Positions 58,976 to 64,000 of a stretch of DNA of 64,000 nucleotides are shown here, one piece after another; the stretch's first letter is position 1; every line of letters starts with the position of its first letter. This stretch comes from Cenarchaeum sp. Its GTDB lineage: Archaea > Thermoproteota > Nitrososphaeria > Nitrososphaerales > Nitrosopumilaceae. The position numbers and the translations under genes were made by a program. Location: assembly GCA_965206845.1 (NCBI GenBank), contig OZ242221.1:480001-544000 (forward strand), written 5' to 3'. Under the pieces are notes generated by a model. The model made no database searches, was not told the DNA's origin, and saw nothing but the letters and a program-made list of their open reading frames with translations.

Positions 58976-61840
58976 ATGCGCATAAACTGGAGCGACATAG
59001 AGGGAAAGTGGAGAAGGAGATGGCAGGAGGCCGGCCAGTTCGAGGCCGACACGGAAGACAGGCCAAAGAAGTTCATCACGGTGGCGTATCCCTACCCCAA
59101 CTCGCCGCAGCATGTGGGGCATGGCCGCACGTACACGATAGCCGACATCCACGCCAGATTCTACCGCATGAACGGATACAACGTGCTCCTTCCCATGGGG
59201 TTCCACTACACCGGCACGCCCATTCTGGGCATGGCAAAGATGGTAGAGGCAAAAGACAGGGAGCTGCTAAACGGCCTGAGGGACATATACCACGTACCCC
59301 AGAAGGAGATCGAGACCTTCGTCGAGCCGATAAGGATTGCCGACTACTTTCACGCAGAGATAAAGGCAGGCATGATAGAGATGGGCTACTCGATAGACTG
59401 GAGGCGGGAGTTTACCACCATAGACCCGGCGTACCAGAGGTTCATCGAGTGGCACATCAGCAAGCTCAAGGAGAAGGGCCTGATAATACAGGGCTCACAT
59501 CCGGTCGGCTGGTGTCCGCAGGATCAGAACCCAGTATCGCAGCACGACACACTGGGCGACGTGGAGCCCGGGTTCACAGAGTACATGATGATAAAGTTTC
59601 AGTGGGAGGGGTACGTGATTCCCACCGCCACGCTAAGGCCGGAGACGATATTTGGTGTGACAAACCTGTGGGTAAATCCGGATACCACCTACAGAAAGGT
59701 GACGGTCAACGGCCAGAAGTGGATCGTGTCAAAGGAATGCGCGTACAAGATGGGGTTTCTGGGCATGAAGGTAACAGACGAGGGCAGCATCCCCGGCTCC
59801 CAGCTTGCCGGAGGCACGGCCACATCCCCCCACAACGGCGCCAAGGTTCCGATACTGGAGGCCGGCTTTGTGGATCCGAACACCGGCACCGGTCTTGTAA
59901 TGTCTGTTCCCGCGCACGCCCCATTTGACTATCAGGCGCTAGCAGACTATGAGAAAGACCGCCCCTACGTGGGCCGCCGCATCGAACCCATTCAGGTTAT
60001 ATCCACCGACGGATACGGCAGCGTCCCTGCCAAGGAGGCAGTGGAGAAGTCTGGCATCACCAGCCAGAACGATCCCCGGCTGGACGAGGTATCGGCCGAG
60101 GTGTACAGCAAGGAGTTTTACGGCGGCACACTGCTGCCAAATACCGGGCAGTTTGCGGGCAGGGAGGTGTCTGATGCCAAGGACGACATAAAGAAATGGC
60201 TCGCCTCCTCCGGATACTGCGATATACTGCTGGAGCTTGCGAGAACGGTAAGGTGCCGCTGCGGCGCCCAGTGCGTTGTAAAGATATTCTCGGATCAGTG
60301 GTTTCTCAACTATGCCGACGAGGGCTGGAAGAATATGGGCAGGGAGTGCATTGACGGCATGAGCATACTGCCCCCCGAGATCAGGGGCGAGTTTCACAAC
60401 GTGATCGGATGGTTACGGGAACGCGCCTGCGCAAGACAGCGCGGCATGGGGACAAAGATCCCATGGGACAGGAACTGGATCGTGGAGAGCCTGGCAGACT
60501 CGGTGATATACATGGCGTACTACATAATTGCCAAGTACGTCAACGAAGGGAGAATAGACGGCGCGGTCCTGCCTCCCGAGTTCTTCGACTATGTGCTCTT
60601 AGGCGCCGGAACCGCCGATGAGATTCCCGGGGTGCCGGCGGATGTGGCGGTGGAGATCCGCAACGAGTTTGCGTACTTTTACCCTGTGGACTCGCGCCAC
60701 TCGGGCCGGGATCTGGTTCCGAACCACCTCACGTTCTTTGTTCTGAACCACGTGGCCACGTTCCCCCAGAAGCACTGGCCGCTACAGATTGTGGTAAACG
60801 GCTCCGTTCTGAGTGGCGGAAAGAAGATGTCAAAGAGCATGGGAAACGTGACACCGCTGAGGCAGGCGATCCGGGAGCACGGGGCGGATCCCATCAGGCT
60901 CACCATCATAATATCCGCCGAACTCCTGCAGGATGCAGAGTTCAACTTCGAGTCGGTGGCTGGAATCACCCGCAAGCTGGAGACGATGGTGGACGTGTGT
61001 TCGGGACTGAAGGGTCACGGCGCCGAACCTCCGGCCATGGTCCACGCAGAAGATCGATGGATCCTCAGCAGAATGCACAAGCTCGTCGCAGACATCACCG
61101 ACAGCACAAAAAACATGAGACTCCGGGAGGCGCTTCACCACATTCTGTTCTCGTTCGAGTCGGATCTCTCATGGTACGCCGCGCGGGCAAAGGCCAAGGG
61201 CAGGTACGAAGACGCCGACTGCATGGGCATACTGCACCGGGTGTACACCGCCCGGGTAAAGATGCTCGCCCCCTTTGCGCCCCATATAGCCGAGGAGATG
61301 TGGGAGGTGTTGGGAAATCCAGGGATGGTGTCCCGGTCCGACTGGCCTGTCGCTCCTCAGGATCTGGACGACGCAGCTGTCCTGACAGAGGACATGCTTC
61401 GAGCCGCCGTAGATGACATCACGAACATACTCAAGGTTACAAAGATCACGCCGCGCCGGATCACGGTGTACACTGCCAGTCCCTTCAAATCAAAGGTGTA
61501 TCGTGCAATACTGAAGATCATGGCATCGGGCCAGATCGCCATGGGCGCCATAATGAGGGAGCTGATAGAGGATCCCGAGATGGGTGGCATCAAGAGGCAC
61601 TCTGACTTTGTTCAAAAGGCCATCAAGGATGTGCTGTCGGAGTCAGAGGAGATCAGGCGGCTCAGAGCTGAGACTTCGCTGGATGAGAGGCAGATACTTG
61701 CAGGCGAGCTTGGTGCCCTGGTCCAGAGGGAGTTTGGTGCACAGGTATCCGTACATGCCGAGGATGATGAGGATGTTTATGACCCAAAGGGCAGGGCTCG
61801 ACATGCACGGCCGTTCAAGCCGGCTCTGCTCATAGAGTAG
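58976..61840 (+). CDS. leuS: Leucine--tRNA ligase
   Basis: AYPYPN..HVGH, TATLRPET, GTG.VMSVPAHAP.D, KMSKS. Confidence 0.97.
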   Translation: MRINWSDIEGKWRRRWQEAGQFEADTEDRPKKFITVAYPYPNSPQHVGHGRTYTIADIHARFYRMNGYNVLLPMGFHYTGTPILGMAKMVEAKDRELLNGLRDIYHVPQKEIETFVEPIRIADYFHAEIKAGMIEMGYSIDWRREFTTIDPAYQRFIEWHISKLKEKGLIIQGSHPVGWCPQDQNPVSQHDTLGDVEPGFTEYMMIKFQWEGYVIPTATLRPETIFGVTNLWVNPDTTYRKVTVNGQKWIVSKECAYKMGFLGMKVTDEGSIPGSQLAGGTATSPHNGAKVPILEAGFVDPNTGTGLVMSVPAHAPFDYQALADYEKDRPYVGRRIEPIQVISTDGYGSVPAKEAVEKSGITSQNDPRLDEVSAEVYSKEFYGGTLLPNTGQFAGREVSDAKDDIKKWLASSGYCDILLELARTVRCRCGAQCVVKIFSDQWFLNYADEGWKNMGRECIDGMSILPPEIRGEFHNVIGWLRERACARQRGMGTKIPWDRNWIVESLADSVIYMAYYIIAKYVNEGRIDGAVLPPEFFDYVLLGAGTADEIPGVPADVAVEIRNEFAYFYPVDSRHSGRDLVPNHLTFFVLNHVATFPQKHWPLQIVVNGSVLSGGKKMSKSMGNVTPLRQAIREHGADPIRLTIIISAELLQDAEFNFESVAGITRKLETMVDVCSGLKGHGAEPPAMVHAEDRWILSRMHKLVADITDSTKNMRLREALHHILFSFESDLSWYAARAKAKGRYEDADCMGILHRVYTARVKMLAPFAPHIAEEMWEVLGNPGMVSRSDWPVAPQDLDDAAVLTEDMLRAAVDDITNILKVTKITPRRITVYTASPFKSKVYRAILKIMASGQIAMGAIMRELIEDPEMGGIKRHSDFVQKAIKDVLSESEEIRRLRAETSLDERQILAGELGALVQREFGAQVSVHAEDDEDVYDPKGRARHARPFKPALLIE

Positions 61841-61996
61841 CGGCGCTGGCACACCTGTATCTCTGGCATCTGCAGCCGAGGTGGCAGGTTTTGGGTAGCG
61901 GCCTGTGGCCTGGAGGAATGACACAATGCGGCTGCACATGCCCACACGGCAGAACCAGCCATGTCGGGAAAAGTGCCAAAGAGATACCGGGCCGGA

Positions 61997-63178
61997 TTAT
62001 GCATCAGGACGGCTTTCCTGCCGATCGGTACTCTTGGGTAACTCTGATTTCTGCTGCTTTTTTTTGTCCGCCTGAGCCGGTAGGTCACGGGACGAGTTGC
62101 GGTATGAGGGACGGGCTGGTCGGTCGCCGGACGATGGGCGCTCTGGCCGGTCACGGGACGAGTTGCGGTATGAGGGACGGGCTGGTCGGTCGCCGGACGA
62201 TGGGCGCTCTGGCCGGTCACGGGACGAGTTGCGGTATGAGGGACGGGCTGGTCGGTCGCCGGACGATGGGCGCTCTGGCCGGTCACGGGACGAGTTGCGG
62301 TATGAGGGACGGGCTGGTCGGTCGCCGGACGATGGGCGCTCTGGCCGGTCACGGGACGAGTTGCGGTATGAGGGACGGGCTGGTCGGTCGCCGGACGATG
62401 GGCGCTCTGGCCGGTCACGGGACGAGTTGCGGTATGAGGGACGGGCTGGTCGGTCGCCGGACGATGGGCGCTCTGGCCGGTCACGGGACGAGTTGCGGTA
62501 TGAGGGACGGGCTGGTCGGTCGCCGGACGATGGGCGCTCTGGCCGGTCACGGGACGAGTTGCGGTATGAGGGACGGGCTGGTCGGTCGCCGGACGATGGG
62601 CGCTCTGGCCGGTCACGGGACGAGTTGCGGTATGAGGGACGGGCTGGTCGGTCGCCGGACGATGGGCGCTCTGGCCGGTCACGGGACGAGTTGCGGTATG
62701 AGGGACGGGCTGGTCGGTCACGAGATGAGTCGCGGTTTGGTCGGTCGCTATACGGGGTGCGATTTGGTCGGTCGCTATACGGGGTGCGATTTGGTCGGTC
62801 GCTATACGGGGTGCGATTTGGTCGGTCACCGGATTCTGCACCGTCAGGATTTTTTGCATCTCGCCTCCTCTGCCCTATCCTAGCATACTCCTGCTGCTGC
62901 ATCTCCTCGCGCTTGCCTGCCTCGCACAGCTTTATCTCTCCATTGCGATCATGTACGCACTCCAACACACTACTTGACAGGAGAAACCCCGACGCCATCA
63001 GGGCCTCGTCTTCTGTCATGCCAAGCTTGAACGCAACTGTCTTCAGTTTGGTAAAAAACCCCATGCGGGAGTTTCGAATTACAAAACTCTTGATTCGATC
63101 ATCGGCACTCTCAGTCTTCCTTCTAGGACCCCTGCTGTCAAACTTTCTTCCAAACTGCTTTTTTGGTCTAAATGACAA
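61997..63178 (-). CDS. Hypothetical protein with long Arg/Ser/Pro/Asp-rich tandem-repeat tail
   Basis: Globular-looking N-terminus plus 9-aa and 22-aa repeats; TTG at 63178 with TATA-like cttataac ~25 bp upstream. Confidence 0.7.
   Translation of the reverse strand: MSFRPKKQFGRKFDSRGPRRKTESADDRIKSFVIRNSRMGFFTKLKTVAFKLGMTEDEALMASGFLLSSSVLECVHDRNGEIKLCEAGKREEMQQQEYARIGQRRRDAKNPDGAESGDRPNRTPYSDRPNRTPYSDRPNRTPYSDRPNRDSSRDRPARPSYRNSSRDRPERPSSGDRPARPSYRNSSRDRPERPSSGDRPARPSYRNSSRDRPERPSSGDRPARPSYRNSSRDRPERPSSGDRPARPSYRNSSRDRPERPSSGDRPARPSYRNSSRDRPERPSSGDRPARPSYRNSSRDRPERPSSGDRPARPSYRNSSRDRPERPSSGDRPARPSYRNSSRDRPERPSSGDRPARPSYRNSSRDLPAQADKKKQQKSELPKSTDRQESRPDA
62083..62827. repeat. Coding tandem repeats: 66 bp x ~9.7, then 27 bp x ~3.4
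   Basis: Identical 66-mer GGTCACGGGACGAG...CTCTGGCC starting at 62083, 62149 ... 62677; 27-mer TTTGGTCGGTCGCTATACGGGGTGCGA from 62736. Confidence 0.95.
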
Positions 63179-63415
63179 TAGATAAGAGATTATTTGCACT
63201 GTTATAAGCCTTAGAAAACATCGCTTGTGTGTGGTCGCCTGCCACATCGAACCAGACATGTAGGCTCTGGAATGCGTGCCGCATAAGAAAGAAAAGCAGA
63301 CGCCATACCGTCACCGCGCGGGCAAACAGAGACGACACTGTGGATCAGGATACAGATAGAACCTCACTTGAGAGTAGTCACAACTGACAATCAGTATTAC
63401 TGATTTCCCGTCACG

Positions 63416-63615
63416 TATAGCGCCGATCGAAAGTTCCTGCAGAGTATATCGCTGGCTTCGATCACGTTTGTCTCAAACATGGACACCAGCCATTGACAAT
63501 TGCCGCCTAATCCGTTCCTAATCTTGGCAGACATAACGTTCTGGTATGTGACTTTGCAGGGAAGCCTAACTGAAATGATTCGTGGATTCTGCAAGAACTT
63601 TTAGTCGGCGCTATA
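63416..63615. mobile_element. IS630-like MITE (TA target)
   Basis: TIRs TATAGCGCCGATCGAAAGTTCCTGCAG / TATAGCGCCGACTAAAAGTTCTTGCAG (23/27) with TA at both termini. Confidence 0.82.
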
Positions 63616-63990
63616 GTACCCACTGCCAAAGACGTACCCGTCGTGTAGAATCAGCATGGTGCGCTTGGATTCCACCTCGCCGGTGGCAGGGTTTCTAAAG
63701 TCATATACCATCCAGACCTTACCCTCTTCCTCCAGTGTGGTGCTGATTACATCCACAGATGGGTTCGGATCGAGATTAGTAATACGTAGAGAACCAACAA
63801 GAGAGGGATCCGCCCCGTGGGCCAACACAGTTCCCTCCAAACCGAACACAAGCGCATAGTACTCGTCTGTGCTGGACACGGTCAGTGCATCAAGGCAGCT
63901 CTCATCACATATTGCAATTGCATCGGCAATTAACTGTCTTACCAGTTGTTCCTTGTCTGCATCGCGTTTTTCCTTCATGGTGTCATCCAT
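63601..63990 (-). CDS. Cache-like domain protein, probably 5' partial
   Basis: G.VLAHGA.P.LVG, W..Y.F.NPATG..E.K, YVFGSGYY; frame open to the window edge. Confidence 0.7.
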   Translation of the reverse strand: MDDTMKEKRDADKEQLVRQLIADAIAICDESCLDALTVSSTDEYYALVFGLEGTVLAHGADPSLVGSLRITNLDPNPSVDVISTTLEEEGKVWMVYDFRNPATGEVESKRTMLILHDGYVFGSGYYSAD

Positions 63991-64000
63991 CTCACCATTC

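Noticed and set aside
62083-62827. CRISPR array
   Set aside because: Units are contiguous and identical with no spacers, lengths are multiples of 3, and no cas genes are nearby
61777-63185. Three alternative long ORFs over the repeat
   Set aside because: Artefacts of a stop-free 66-bp unit; only the minus frame ending at 61997 has a plausible unique N-terminus and promoter

Overview
64 kb of chromosome from a high-GC ammonia-oxidising archaeon (Nitrososphaerota/Thaumarchaeota, Nitrosopumilaceae-like gene set and order; a Cenarchaeum-like symbiont is my inference). The backbone is housekeeping: dph5, ribL, ribK, dnaG, 3HP/4HB carbon-fixation genes, rfcL, rsmA-rpoF-rpl21e, radA, argF-ftsY-pfdA, sod, pckA, ribosomal proteins, alaS, leuS, tRNA-Asp and tRNA-Ser. 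It carries many mobile elements: three IS5-family copies, an IS66 remnant, an IS6-like mini-element, ISH3-like and IS630-like MITEs, and a solitary tyrosine integrase. The standout is a pair of related elements (9344-11987 and 34372-36200). Each carries a large TnpB-like RuvC nuclease with intact catalytic motifs and a conserved, structured 3' region that is a candidate omegaRNA. Each is bounded by ~23-bp terminal inverted repeats (GGGAATTATATA...) and a perfect 8-bp target-site duplication. These are hallmarks of DDE transposition (IS1595-like), not of the Y1- or serine-transposase IS200/IS605/IS607 elements that normally carry TnpB. All calls are from reading the sequence by eye; no database searches were run.
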